Of a stretch of 64,000 bases of DNA, positions 1-9,451 are shown one piece after another. Origin of the DNA: a virus; IMG/VR virus record IMGVR_UViG_3300027762_000001; one strand, written 5' to 3'. The notes beneath the pieces were generated by a model. The model was not told the DNA's origin. It saw nothing but the letters and a program-made list of their open reading frames with translations, and did not search any database. Position numbers and translations under genes: made by a program. The first letter of the stretch is position 1, and each line of letters opens with the position of its first letter.

Positions 1-27
1 ATTTATAGTATAACATTTTTTACACAC

Positions 28-61
28 AAAAAAGAGAGGCACTATTTCTACCTCTCTTTTT
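28..61 (-). terminator. Intrinsic terminator after tail tube gene (possibly bidirectional)
   Basis: aaaaaagagagg-N11-cctctcttttt hairpin with A/T tracts on both sides, just past the tube stop codon. Confidence 0.7.
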
Positions 62-70
62 ATATTAAAA

Positions 71-640
71 TTATTCTGTTGTTAAGGAAACAATTTCTTC
101 ATACATTATATTAACATTTTCAGCTATCAATACTTGGCCTGCACTTATACTTTCGTTTCTTGATTGTATCCAGCAAGTACTAAATACTCTTGAATAACGA
201 AGAGGATTCCCTTCTTCGCTACTATAAGCTGCAAACATTAAATTTATAGGTTTATCAATTTCTTTTAATGATGCTATTGCTGTTTTACCCTCATTTGAAG
301 GGGTAACATTTGAGCCTGTTCCAGGTCCATAGTGTAAAAGATTTACTAGGTCTTTACCAAATACAAATAATCTTGCAAGTGATATTTGACCAGTCGCTCT
401 TCCAGGTACTAGATATGGTCTATCTGAACCTAACTCAAATATCATTTCTATTTGTCTTTGCTCTCCCCAGTTATATCCCTGAATAACGCCTATTCTTTTA
501 AAATCAGTTCTCTCTGCAGTTAAAGTTGGAGCAGCATAAATAATACACTTTGATGCACTTATAAAGCTACCTGGCTTTATATTGTCATCTATATGTCTTT
601 TTTGATAATCCCAATTAGTTTCAAAATTTGTATCAGCCAT
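71..640 (-). CDS. Tail tube protein
   Basis: 189 aa directly after sheath; IGVIQ..W..QR....IFELGS....LVPG and CWI.S.......G...IAENV.I.YE pattern typical of myovirus tubes. Confidence 0.75.
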   Translation of the reverse strand: MADTNFETNWDYQKRHIDDNIKPGSFISASKCIIYAAPTLTAERTDFKRIGVIQGYNWGEQRQIEMIFELGSDRPYLVPGRATGQISLARLFVFGKDLVNLLHYGPGTGSNVTPSNEGKTAIASLKEIDKPINLMFAAYSSEEGNPLRYSRVFSTCWIQSRNESISAGQVLIAENVNIMYEEIVSLTTE

Positions 641-661
641 TTTTAATTACACCCCTTTCTT

Positions 662-2065
662 TTATTCTAATATAAGAGTAATTTCAATGTAGTTACAAGG
701 ATATGGAGGAAGAACTGATAATGACACTATTATGGTGTCAGGATTATTTTCATCCTGCATTATTAAGTCTATTCTTCCATCTACTATTACTCCTCTTGAT
801 TTTAAAGTATCCATAGTAGAATCAAGAGTTCCTTTAACCATGCTTATAAGTTCAGGAGTAATATTATATCTTCCTATATATACTTCACATGCATTTCTTA
901 AAAGTTTAGCGCAATAATCTTCAATAGCTAGTATTGAATTTTCTTTAAATTGTAATGTTGACATATCAGTTGATAGTTGATGTCTAATTGTTATAGGAGA
1001 TGTAGAGTTTTCTTGTGTTAAAATCATAACTCCTTTTTCTGCTAATTGATTCATTTGAGTCCTTATCATTTTAACACCCTTTAATTCATTAAATCCATTT
1101 AAAGTCACTCTAGTTAATGACCTTTGTGGAGGATTAGCCCATTGTGCACCTGCAATTGCACAAGCTAAATAAGGAGCATCTAATTCTCTTAGAGTTCCAT
1201 CGCCTAATAATCTAGTAGCTTTATCTGGATACATAACACTTACTCTTCTGTTATATATAAATTCAGATAAACCGCCAACCTTTGTCAATACATCACTGAA
1301 AACAGTACCTTCAGGATCTAGGTCAGTGTATGCTTTTCCGAGGATAGCACATCTTTCCATTCTCTCTTCAACAGAAGACATTTCAGTTATATGAGCTATT
1401 ACAGCGTCTTGAATGTCTTTAGTGTTATCCATTATAACTACTCTCCACATGTCTTTTATAAATCTAGCATGTGTTTCAATTGCAGCTATATAATCAGCAA
1501 CAGTAACTTCTCCATCATAATTAACTTGTAATACATAAACTGTAGGAGCTCCTTGCTCTAGAACTATTCTTGCTCCTAATGATACAGGTGATAGTGGGTA
1601 TCCACTTTCGTTTTCTTGTACCTCAGGACCGAATAAAGATGTTACATCAGCTATAGTTCTACATAACTTTGGTTCAAATTGAGAATCCTCAACATTATAA
1701 ACTAAAGTTACATAATAAGTTGAACCAGCTTCAGGTCCACCTGAATTCCAAGTTATTTCATTTGAGTCAGCAACAAAAGTATAATTACCTGTATCAGGGT
1801 CAGGATCTGCACCCTCTTCAAAAGGAATCCATTCACTGATAATTCCTCTTTTTGAGCTTCCTATATAAGCTATAGAAGCTACACTTGTAAAAGGAAATAT
1901 ATCTGTGTCGCCACTTTCCGCTCTAACTATTGCAACAGTCTCTCTTAACTTACTTGCACCTGTTCCAATAACAAGTGGTATCATTGATACTTCACCTGGA
2001 ATTAAAGGACCAGTTCTAGCGGTATTTTGCACTTCTAGGTATACGCCCGGTTCTCTGTAAGCCAT
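662..2065 (-). CDS. Tail sheath protein
   Basis: N-terminal MAYREPGVY; C-terminal QLAEKGV...IRHQLST...YIG......PPYPCNYIEI sheath signature. Confidence 0.9.
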   Translation of the reverse strand: MAYREPGVYLEVQNTARTGPLIPGEVSMIPLVIGTGASKLRETVAIVRAESGDTDIFPFTSVASIAYIGSSKRGIISEWIPFEEGADPDPDTGNYTFVADSNEITWNSGGPEAGSTYYVTLVYNVEDSQFEPKLCRTIADVTSLFGPEVQENESGYPLSPVSLGARIVLEQGAPTVYVLQVNYDGEVTVADYIAAIETHARFIKDMWRVVIMDNTKDIQDAVIAHITEMSSVEERMERCAILGKAYTDLDPEGTVFSDVLTKVGGLSEFIYNRRVSVMYPDKATRLLGDGTLRELDAPYLACAIAGAQWANPPQRSLTRVTLNGFNELKGVKMIRTQMNQLAEKGVMILTQENSTSPITIRHQLSTDMSTLQFKENSILAIEDYCAKLLRNACEVYIGRYNITPELISMVKGTLDSTMDTLKSRGVIVDGRIDLIMQDENNPDTIIVSLSVLPPYPCNYIEITLILE

Positions 2066-2090
2066 TTTTCAATCCCTCCAATTCTCTTAG

Positions 2091-2669
2091 TTACAAAACT
2101 GTTTTTAAAATCTTTATCATATTTAATAATTCTAAATCTCTAATCTTATTTCCTTCCCATTCTAAATTCCCTTGTACTGATAATGTTGTTTCAAATATAT
2201 GTTCAGGATATTGTCTATGTGGGGATGTAGGATTTTTTGATACACTGCCAACTTTTATATATATTGAATCAAAAAGCTCCTTTGCTGTAAAGGTGAGATA
2301 GCTTAAAGCCCTATTAGCTAAATCTTTGCTTACAAAATACTCTGATAAGCAAACAAGGCCAAGCGAATATGGTATGATATTTAAATATCTTTTCCCTATC
2401 TGCCTTCCTTCATCATCAAATATATCCATATAATAATTACTGTAAAAACTTGTTTCACAATTAAAGTTATACGTTATATTTGTAACGACAAGATGAGGCG
2501 TTTTTAAAGTTGCGTCTTTTTCGGGAAACTCTGGTGTTATTATGAGTTTTGTTAATTTATCATCTTCATTATATACGAAAGTATCATCTTTTTCAAATAT
2601 CGCTTTAAATGCTTTAACATATCTTGCTTCTATCTGTTGCTCTATATCTATTAAATTAAGAGATCCCAT
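2091..2669 (-). CDS. Putative tail terminator / tail completion protein
   Basis: Position between neck genes and sheath; size; synteny only. Confidence 0.45.
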   Translation of the reverse strand: MGSLNLIDIEQQIEARYVKAFKAIFEKDDTFVYNEDDKLTKLIITPEFPEKDATLKTPHLVVTNITYNFNCETSFYSNYYMDIFDDEGRQIGKRYLNIIPYSLGLVCLSEYFVSKDLANRALSYLTFTAKELFDSIYIKVGSVSKNPTSPHRQYPEHIFETTLSVQGNLEWEGNKIRDLELLNMIKILKTVL

Positions 2670-2680
2670 TTTAACACCTC

Positions 2681-3457
2681 CTACACAGTAACTTTGTAAA
2701 CTATATTTGACTTTGGAAGTCTATGAATTTGTAGTGTTTGTCTTATAAGATAAAAATTTTTATGGCTCGGTTGACAATTAGCTACAATATATCTTGTATT
2801 GTCTTGTGAAACTAGAATATCATTAATTTGTATAAAGGGATAGTTTAATGTCCAAAGCTGTAGTGGGCTATCTATTTCTCCAACATCACTTACTGTAAAG
2901 TTTTCGCTGACATTAGAAGCATTAAAATAATTGACAAATATTTCATATGCACTATAATATCCGCCAACATATTTAGTTCCGTAACATATTTCGCAGCTAA
3001 CGGGATTAGACCTTCTTCTTACATCGTCAAAACAAGTACATAATTGTCCTATCTTTTTCCTCTTTAATAACTTTAATTTTTCTGTTATTATATTTTTTAA
3101 ATATATAGTGTGAATCTCTACAATTGCTTGAGCTTCAAGGTCAGGTTTTCTACCTTTATACTCACCGTAAATATCATGTAATATACTCTCGCTAGTCAAT
3201 TTGTCTGTGACTTTAATTTTATAGTAATAATTAATAGACACATCATATAAATTAACTAGCATATCTCTATGACTAAAATCTTTAATATCAGAGACCAATA
3301 AAGTATAAGCACCAGTTTGGTGATTAGATTTATATATATCAAATATATAGTTATCTAAATTATCATGAGTATCATTTATACTAAACTCAACATATAAAGA
3401 ATCAAGCCCTAATTTATCTGAAACTAATATATCTTTTATATAAATCATTATCTCCAC
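2681..3457 (-). CDS. Putative neck / head-closure protein with Zn motif
   Basis: CTCFD...CEICYGTKYVGGY motif; beta-rich N-terminus; position in morphogenesis module; start may be 3448. Confidence 0.55.
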   Translation of the reverse strand: MEIMIYIKDILVSDKLGLDSLYVEFSINDTHDNLDNYIFDIYKSNHQTGAYTLLVSDIKDFSHRDMLVNLYDVSINYYYKIKVTDKLTSESILHDIYGEYKGRKPDLEAQAIVEIHTIYLKNIITEKLKLLKRKKIGQLCTCFDDVRRRSNPVSCEICYGTKYVGGYYSAYEIFVNYFNASNVSENFTVSDVGEIDSPLQLWTLNYPFIQINDILVSQDNTRYIVANCQPSHKNFYLIRQTLQIHRLPKSNIVYKVTV

Positions 3458-3972
3458 ATCCTGTAACTAAATTCTGATCCAATGCCTATAAACCCTGAGT
3501 TTTCACTTGATGCAATAATAGCAGATTTAAACTCCTTCTTATCTGACTCATATTGTTGAAGTAAGAAGGATACCCAACTTTGATACATGCCAGTTTTATT
3601 AAACATTGCTATACTAAGGCCTGAATCATTATAGTCTATTTGATTTCTAAGCTGCAAGATTCCCTCTCTTATAAGTGCGAAAATCATAGCCCCATCTATT
3701 ATAAGACCATCATCTATTATGGAGTTTTGAAAATTAAATAGTGTATATTTTGTTCTTGGATATCCTTTATTTATATCTGCAATTGCTGACTTTAAGAGAG
3801 CTACTATAGTATTGTCGGAATAGTGCAGTACTTTTCCGGATAAAATATTTTTTTGAGGATCATCATCCGCCATGTGAAGTCTAAAATCATCTACTAAGCC
3901 TTGAAGTGTAGATAGCTGTTCCTGCGTATAATTTCCAGTAATAGTATAAGTCTTTTTTAAAACTATAGGCAT
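3448..3972 (-). CDS. Putative head-tail adaptor
   Basis: Helical, LRNQIDYNDSG motif; synteny; start refined to ATG 3972 (MPIVL) after ggtgg RBS. Confidence 0.5.
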   Translation of the reverse strand: MPIVLKKTYTITGNYTQEQLSTLQGLVDDFRLHMADDDPQKNILSGKVLHYSDNTIVALLKSAIADINKGYPRTKYTLFNFQNSIIDDGLIIDGAMIFALIREGILQLRNQIDYNDSGLSIAMFNKTGMYQSWVSFLLQQYESDKKEFKSAIIASSENSGFIGIGSEFSYRMWR

Positions 3973-3973
3973 A

Positions 3974-4798
3974 TTATACCACCATCCTTTCAAAGCCAAC
4001 GGATATGTATCCATTCTTCTCAAACATAAAGTAGTAGTTCCCAGGCTTCAACATTAAATTCCATGCACCAACATCATTCGTAATTGTCTTAGCTATAACC
4101 TCTTTTGTTGTAGGATTAAAAATAGTTATTTGAGTATTAGGGATTGGAGACCCTTGCTCATCTAACACTTTAGAATCTGAACCGTCTAAACTTTTTAATG
4201 TATTACTTCCAACAAAGAGAGGCGGTATATTATCTGCAGTATCAGTTGCATTTAATATGAAAAATATTTCATCTATTTCACTAAATACTGTTATAGAATA
4301 TTCGCTAATTTCGTCTGGGGTAAAATTATAAAGATAAAAATCTTCAACTGAATTCATATCAATTAAAAATATATCATTTACCCATTCTGTGCCGTTCCAA
4401 AAAGTATTGTCTTTTAATTTTATTATTTTAGCCTTAGCACTATCTCCATCCCCTATAAACTTTATAGGATAAGACGTATTTACTAACCAATCATATTTTA
4501 CTATATCATCATTATACGCAGTTAGAGATATAATTTTACTACAATTATATTCATCTGATCTTGATAATATAGTAAATACTCCTATTTTGTCAGGAGTAAA
4601 ATTATAAGAATATACACCATTTCCAATATGATTCATTATTATATGAAACTCATTATCCACCCATGACATTCCATTCCAATATTTAAAATCTTGTGAGTTC
4701 TTAATAATTGTAATAGGTGTATCATCTAATATTCTATTATTATTAATATCAGTAACGAGTAATGATACTACATATGTCTGACCTAATTTTAAGAACAT
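3974..4798 (-). CDS. Virion structural protein with repeated beta modules and C-terminal Ig/CarboxypepD_reg-like domain
   Basis: Two (F/Y)WNG.(S/E)WV...YNFTPD repeats; V.DEQGSPIP...T.TND.G.W...L.PG.Y...F.K.GY. Confidence 0.55.
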   Translation of the reverse strand: MFLKLGQTYVVSLLVTDINNNRILDDTPITIIKNSQDFKYWNGMSWVDNEFHIIMNHIGNGVYSYNFTPDKIGVFTILSRSDEYNCSKIISLTAYNDDIVKYDWLVNTSYPIKFIGDGDSAKAKIIKLKDNTFWNGTEWVNDIFLIDMNSVEDFYLYNFTPDEISEYSITVFSEIDEIFFILNATDTADNIPPLFVGSNTLKSLDGSDSKVLDEQGSPIPNTQITIFNPTTKEVIAKTITNDVGAWNLMLKPGNYYFMFEKNGYISVGFERMVV

Positions 4799-4809
4799 AT
4801 TTTCACCCC

Positions 4810-5337
4810 TTATTCTGGAGCTTCTTTATTTATAACTTCTTCTATTTTCTTTTCCATTATTTCCTCTATTTTTTCTTCTGTTAATTTAATTTCTACTAGT
4901 TCTTCCTTAATTTCTACTGGCTCTTCTTTGATTTCTACTGGCTCTTCTTTGATTTCTACTGGCTCTTCTTTAGATTTTTTAGATTGTTTTTTATTTTTAT
5001 TTAATCTTTCTGCAGCTGCTTTTTTTCTTTCTTCAATCTTTAATCTGTTATCTTCCTTCTCTTTTTCTTTCTCTGTTCTAGCTTTTATTTTTTCTTTTTC
5101 TTCTGTCGAAATTGATATTCCGTCAAAATCTCTTCTTCTACTTTTAAAGAAGTCATTATAGTTATGACTCTCTATTTTAAACCATCCATTTTGTTCTGCT
5201 GTTTTTAACTTCTCAAAAGTTTCTTCACTAACTTCTGCATTAGTTAAATTATTGCTTCTAAAAACCTTTCCACCAATTAACATCTCACTATTTGTTTCGC
5301 TTATTAATTTTCCTGTTATTTTTATTGTATGTAGCAT
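4810..5337 (-). CDS. Hypothetical protein with Lys/Glu-rich tail and EEPVEIK repeats
   Basis: ORF with ggagg RBS; 21-bp tandem repeats near 4890-4972. Confidence 0.6.
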   Translation of the reverse strand: MLHTIKITGKLISETNSEMLIGGKVFRSNNLTNAEVSEETFEKLKTAEQNGWFKIESHNYNDFFKSRRRDFDGISISTEEKEKIKARTEKEKEKEDNRLKIEERKKAAAERLNKNKKQSKKSKEEPVEIKEEPVEIKEEPVEIKEELVEIKLTEEKIEEIMEKKIEEVINKEAPE

Positions 5338-5353
5338 AAGTTACCCTCCTAAA

Positions 5354-5734
5354 TTAATTGTTTGTACCAGCTAATTGACTGCGCAATACTTCTGCTTCTA
5401 ATTCATTTAATTTATTTTTATTTTGCAAGTATTGTGCTCCGAGTCTTATCCCTTGAACACCTGTACCTATGGCAGCTCCAATTAATGCAGGCTTTATAGC
5501 TCCTAATGCAGCTCCAGTTAATATTCCGCCTAATCCTCCAGCTATCGCTCCACCAGCCCCACCTGTTAGAGCGCCACCTAGAGCAGCTCCCCCAAGCCCA
5601 CCTGCTAACCCTCCAAATGTTCCGCCTATACCTCCACCTATTCCTGCGCCAACTAAAGCACCTTTGCCTAAACTAATTTTATTCTCTTCAGCTATTTTAT
5701 AGATAACCTCTTTATACATTGCCACTTTATCCAT
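5354..5734 (-). CDS. Glycine-zipper membrane protein (candidate ejected head protein)
   Basis: Long GxxxG run; N-terminal KVAMYKEVIYKIA double K-x-A leader. Confidence 0.6.
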   Translation of the reverse strand: MDKVAMYKEVIYKIAEENKISLGKGALVGAGIGGGIGGTFGGLAGGLGGAALGGALTGGAGGAIAGGLGGILTGAALGAIKPALIGAAIGTGVQGIRLGAQYLQNKNKLNELEAEVLRSQLAGTNN

Positions 5735-5758
5735 TACTCTTCCTCCTTAATTTATATT

Positions 5759-5791
5759 ATAAAAGGGTAGGTATGATACCCACCCTTTTAT
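5759..5791 (-). terminator. Stem-loop after major capsid gene
   Basis: ataaaagggtagg...cccacccttttat hairpin; weak U-tract. Confidence 0.45.
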
Positions 5792-5805
5792 TATAACAAT
5801 TAAAA

Positions 5806-6840
5806 TTACATTTCTTCAAGTGAGCCGTAACCTTTAATCTTTCCTTCTTCTTTAGCCATTGCGCCCTTAGTATCATCACTAAGAAGAATCTTGTCATCTC
5901 CAGGAGTGAAGTCTAAGATTAATTTAGCAACAGCTTTTTGTGATGCAAGATAAAGTCCTAAGAACTCAAACATGAATAATCCTTGCTCAAGTTTATTAGT
6001 AACTTCTGTTAATCTTACAGTTAAATCTTTAAGTATAGGCATTCTTCCTACGAAATCTGGCTCTGAGAATGCATATATAGTATTCTTTCCAACAATTCTT
6101 GAAGTGATTAATTTAACACTTCCCCAAATTGAATATTTAACGCCTGACTCTAACATTTCTCTTTGAGTCAATTGGTCTATTTCATTTTGAGCCCAAACTA
6201 GAATATCATCTAATCTGTCTTGTTTCATAACAAAAGCAGCTAGAGGAACATCATGTTGAGACATACATTTTTTTAAGCTAACTAAATGAGTTTTGTAAAG
6301 TAGAGTATCAGCGCTTGTAACTATTTGTGTGTCATGCTCAGGATTTACAGCGTCTCCGCTTCCCATAAGCAATCTATCAACTAAATCTAAGATTTTTCCA
6401 TCTTCGATTTTAGCAACCGCTTGACCTGACAATTCTCTAACTCTTTCTAGATAGTTAAATTTTTGAACTAACATTCTTTTTAAATGAAGAGTAGTATCAT
6501 CACTTGTAATAGTCATGATTCCTACATTAACTCCATCGCCCTCGATTTGATATCTTGGCACTTGACCATCATCAGCATAAAAAGCTGCATGAGAATCGAA
6601 ATCTTTTGGATAATAGAAGTAAGGTTCACCATTTATAAGATGAAGCTCTTCTGAAGTTACGTTGTGAGCTAATAATACTTGTCTTCCAAATGATTCATAG
6701 TCTCTTGTTTCCCTTATAAATGGAGGGAGCTTTTCAAGAGCTAATTTTTCTAATCCACCTGGGGACTCTAACAATTTTCCTAAGTTATAATCAGCATTTT
6801 GAGTTTCACTTGCAGTTTTAATTTTCATAATTCCAGCCAT
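5806..6840 (-). CDS. Major capsid protein (HK97 fold)
   Basis: 344 aa after decoration gene; P.IRETRDYE.FGRQ.L, A...ED...L, EPDFVGRMP motifs; short N-terminal KTA leader. Confidence 0.8.
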   Translation of the reverse strand: MAGIMKIKTASETQNADYNLGKLLESPGGLEKLALEKLPPFIRETRDYESFGRQVLLAHNVTSEELHLINGEPYFYYPKDFDSHAAFYADDGQVPRYQIEGDGVNVGIMTITSDDTTLHLKRMLVQKFNYLERVRELSGQAVAKIEDGKILDLVDRLLMGSGDAVNPEHDTQIVTSADTLLYKTHLVSLKKCMSQHDVPLAAFVMKQDRLDDILVWAQNEIDQLTQREMLESGVKYSIWGSVKLITSRIVGKNTIYAFSEPDFVGRMPILKDLTVRLTEVTNKLEQGLFMFEFLGLYLASQKAVAKLILDFTPGDDKILLSDDTKGAMAKEEGKIKGYGSLEEM

Positions 6841-6861
6841 TTTAGTTTGTCCTCCCTTCCA

Positions 6862-7278
6862 TTATATTACAGCTTTTATTCTAAGTTCGCCATTAACTGG
6901 AGCGCCCAAAGAATAAGCAGCTATTAACCAAGGTGTAGCGTTTGCTGGATCGTATGGAGTTAATACTCCATCAGCATTAACACAAAGCGGAGTCATAGCT
7001 CCATATGTTTCTGCAGTATCAAAATTACTTACTGTAACTTCGAAAACACCGAAATAATAAGTAACTTTTTTAACTGACTTTCCTGAAATCTGATCTCTTC
7101 CAGCTCTTTTTGAGCTTATGCAAAGAAACGATTTCTTTGTTCCATCTGAAATAACAACTTTACCTGAATCATTAATTGTTACCCATTGTCCTTCTTCAAG
7201 TTCTGTTACAGAATCATCAAGTGGTCTAACTGCAACTCTGTAAGCATACTCGTCTAACCTATTCTCAAATCTTATCAT
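6862..7278 (-). CDS. Putative head decoration protein
   Basis: 138-aa beta-rich ORF immediately upstream of MCP. Confidence 0.55.
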   Translation of the reverse strand: MIRFENRLDEYAYRVAVRPLDDSVTELEEGQWVTINDSGKVVISDGTKKSFLCISSKRAGRDQISGKSVKKVTYYFGVFEVTVSNFDTAETYGAMTPLCVNADGVLTPYDPANATPWLIAAYSLGAPVNGELRIKAVI

Positions 7279-7320
7279 GCTTAAACCTCCCTACTATGAT
7301 TTTTAATTTAAAAAAATTTA

Positions 7321-8484
7321 TTAATCTGATAATGACTCTTCAAGAGTGATTCTACGATCACCTAAATCCATATTAATTTGTTTGTCAAGAAAAGTCAAAT
7401 TATCAAGTCCTTCCTTGGTAAATGCGTCAGAATTGATGTTCTCAATTGTTGTTTTTAACATTTCATATCCAGACTCATCAAGTTGCATAACTTTCTCTAT
7501 CTGGCTTTCAATGTCTGCTTTTTTTATTAAGCACTTTTCATTCATTAAATGAGCAAGTTTTGTTGCACTGTCTAGTTTTTCTTTGTTATGTATTGTGGAA
7601 TTTAGTTCGGCGTTTTTAGATATTAACTCCTCATTTTCTTGTGCCAGTTTTCTATTTTCTTTAGCTGCGATTTTTAACATTTTGCTTGCGTTTAAAACGA
7701 CTAGTGATATTTTTTGTATATCTATATTTTTTTGTGATTCACTTTTAATTCTACCATATTTATCGTCGCAAAGAACAGATGATATTTTCTCAATTAATTC
7801 TTTTTTTCTTTCTGATTGATTTTTTTGCATTGCATCACCCTCTTTGCTCTCTTTTTTATCTCCATACAATTTAGATGTTATTGCTAGAGCTCCGACTGTT
7901 GGTAGTACCGCCTTCTTTACTTTACCTAAAGGTGCAGTTGCTAATGGTAAATCTATTTCGCTAAATGTATCAGGGACTCCAGCTTTTGATTCCCCTGTTG
8001 GAACTTGATATTTATTAATAAATGATTTACCGCCCTCACTTCTTGCTCTTGATACATTATCTCTCACACTTTTTTTTACAGAATCCAATCTAGATTTAGC
8101 TTTAGTTATATCTTCGAGGGTCTTAGCTTTAGTTAAAGCTAATCTTGCTCCCTCTAAATCTTTTCTCCCAGAAGATACGGCTTTTTTAACGCTTCTTCTT
8201 CTGAAAAAATTATGTGCGGCTCTACCTCCTCTTATATCCCAATCAGTTAGTTTTTCTTGAGCTTTTGAAAACTGATTTCCAATAGCTTCACTAACTTTTT
8301 TGGGTACAAGCTTTGAGCCAATTCCACTAAAGAAAGAACCTGAGCCTTTTCCTATTAAATGATCTCTAGCTATATCTTTAGCAGAAGATGTTGTACCTCT
8401 AAGATTTTGTTTCCCTATTATGTTGACAAAATCTTGAAAATTCTTAGCTTTTATACCTGCGAATTTATGGAGTCTGTGAGACAC
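7321..8484 (-). CDS. Scaffold-like coiled-coil protein with basic/amphipathic N-terminal extension; probable internal start at 7830
   Basis: GTG start with ggaggtga RBS; in-frame ATG at 7830 preceded by gagggtga; C-terminal coiled coil. Confidence 0.55.
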   Translation of the reverse strand: MSHRLHKFAGIKAKNFQDFVNIIGKQNLRGTTSSAKDIARDHLIGKGSGSFFSGIGSKLVPKKVSEAIGNQFSKAQEKLTDWDIRGGRAAHNFFRRRSVKKAVSSGRKDLEGARLALTKAKTLEDITKAKSRLDSVKKSVRDNVSRARSEGGKSFINKYQVPTGESKAGVPDTFSEIDLPLATAPLGKVKKAVLPTVGALAITSKLYGDKKESKEGDAMQKNQSERKKELIEKISSVLCDDKYGRIKSESQKNIDIQKISLVVLNASKMLKIAAKENRKLAQENEELISKNAELNSTIHNKEKLDSATKLAHLMNEKCLIKKADIESQIEKVMQLDESGYEMLKTTIENINSDAFTKEGLDNLTFLDKQINMDLGDRRITLEESLSD

Positions 8485-8500
8485 AAAAGCTCACCTCCTA

Positions 8501-9292
8501 CTATTCTTGCAATAAGCTATATATATTATAAATAATATCATCTGCTACTTGCATAGAATTTTTTTCTGCAATATAAGCTAGTTTCTCACTTTTATCAACT
8601 ATTGTTTCAATTGCCACTTTATCTTCTATCTTTTGTGAAACATAGTCAGCAAGATCCATTCCTTCTTTTTCTAACTCTTGAGCAGCTAAATCATATGCAT
8701 ACTTAACAACTTCTTCGTCATATTCTGCTGCAGTTTTATTTTCTTCTTCTTCAGTCTCTTCTTCAGCTTCTTCAGTTCCTTCTTGAGTAGCTTCAGCCAC
8801 TATTTTTTTAGCTATCTCTTGAGCTTTTTGAACAAGTTCTTCTTTATCTTGATTCTCTTCCGCTCTTTTTTCTACACCTTTAGCTAAAGCTGATTTTAGG
8901 AGTTTTTGTTCTGCTTCTGCTTCGCCTTCATCAATAACTTCATCTTCACTTTGAACTTCACTGTGATCTCTTTCTTCACTAGTATCAATTCTTTCGTCTT
9001 CACTCATTAACTCTTCTTCCATTGTTTTTCTTTTTGAGTGATTAACTTTGTCTTCTTTAGGTTGTTCAACAGTTCTGTTTTCTAATGAAGGTTCTTCAGC
9101 TACTTTTTCCATAAACATATTATCAATTTCTTCAGCTAAAGCCTCTAGTTGATCTGGTGAAAAATTTTCTTCAAGTATTTGTTTTGCTTCATTTTTATCA
9201 ATACTTGAAGCTGTCTTGTTAATATTATTTTGATAAAAATCTTGGCTTATTAACTCTTCGTAAAAAGCCTCACTTCTTTTATTATCAGACAT
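8501..9292 (-). CDS. Acidic scaffold-like head protein
   Basis: Very Glu-rich; many K-x-A sites (KTAS, EKVA, KSAL, EKRA, KTAA, KYAY, EKLA); between protease and MCP. Confidence 0.55.
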   Translation of the reverse strand: MSDNKRSEAFYEELISQDFYQNNINKTASSIDKNEAKQILEENFSPDQLEALAEEIDNMFMEKVAEEPSLENRTVEQPKEDKVNHSKRKTMEEELMSEDERIDTSEERDHSEVQSEDEVIDEGEAEAEQKLLKSALAKGVEKRAEENQDKEELVQKAQEIAKKIVAEATQEGTEEAEEETEEEENKTAAEYDEEVVKYAYDLAAQELEKEGMDLADYVSQKIEDKVAIETIVDKSEKLAYIAEKNSMQVADDIIYNIYSLLQE

Positions 9293-9398
9293 TTTCTTGT
9301 AATCGCTACAACCTTTGATATTTTAACAAAAATATCATATAGCGATTCTCTCCTTTCTTTTTTATTTTCAGCGATACTAAAAGCACTTGTTTATTTTA

Positions 9399-9427
9399 AT
9401 TTTATATACAAAAAACCTAAAAATCAA
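9399..9427 (-). promoter_or_regulatory. sigmaA-type promoter for scaffold/capsid genes
   Basis: TTGATT-N17-TAAAAT on minus strand. Confidence 0.55.
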
Positions 9428-9451
9428 GTAATCATTATCATTTAAAAAATA

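Noticed and set aside
5469-5702. Pro/Ala-rich plus-strand ORF
   Set aside because: Antisense shadow of the glycine-zipper gene; the same applies to the other short nested antisense ORFs in the track.
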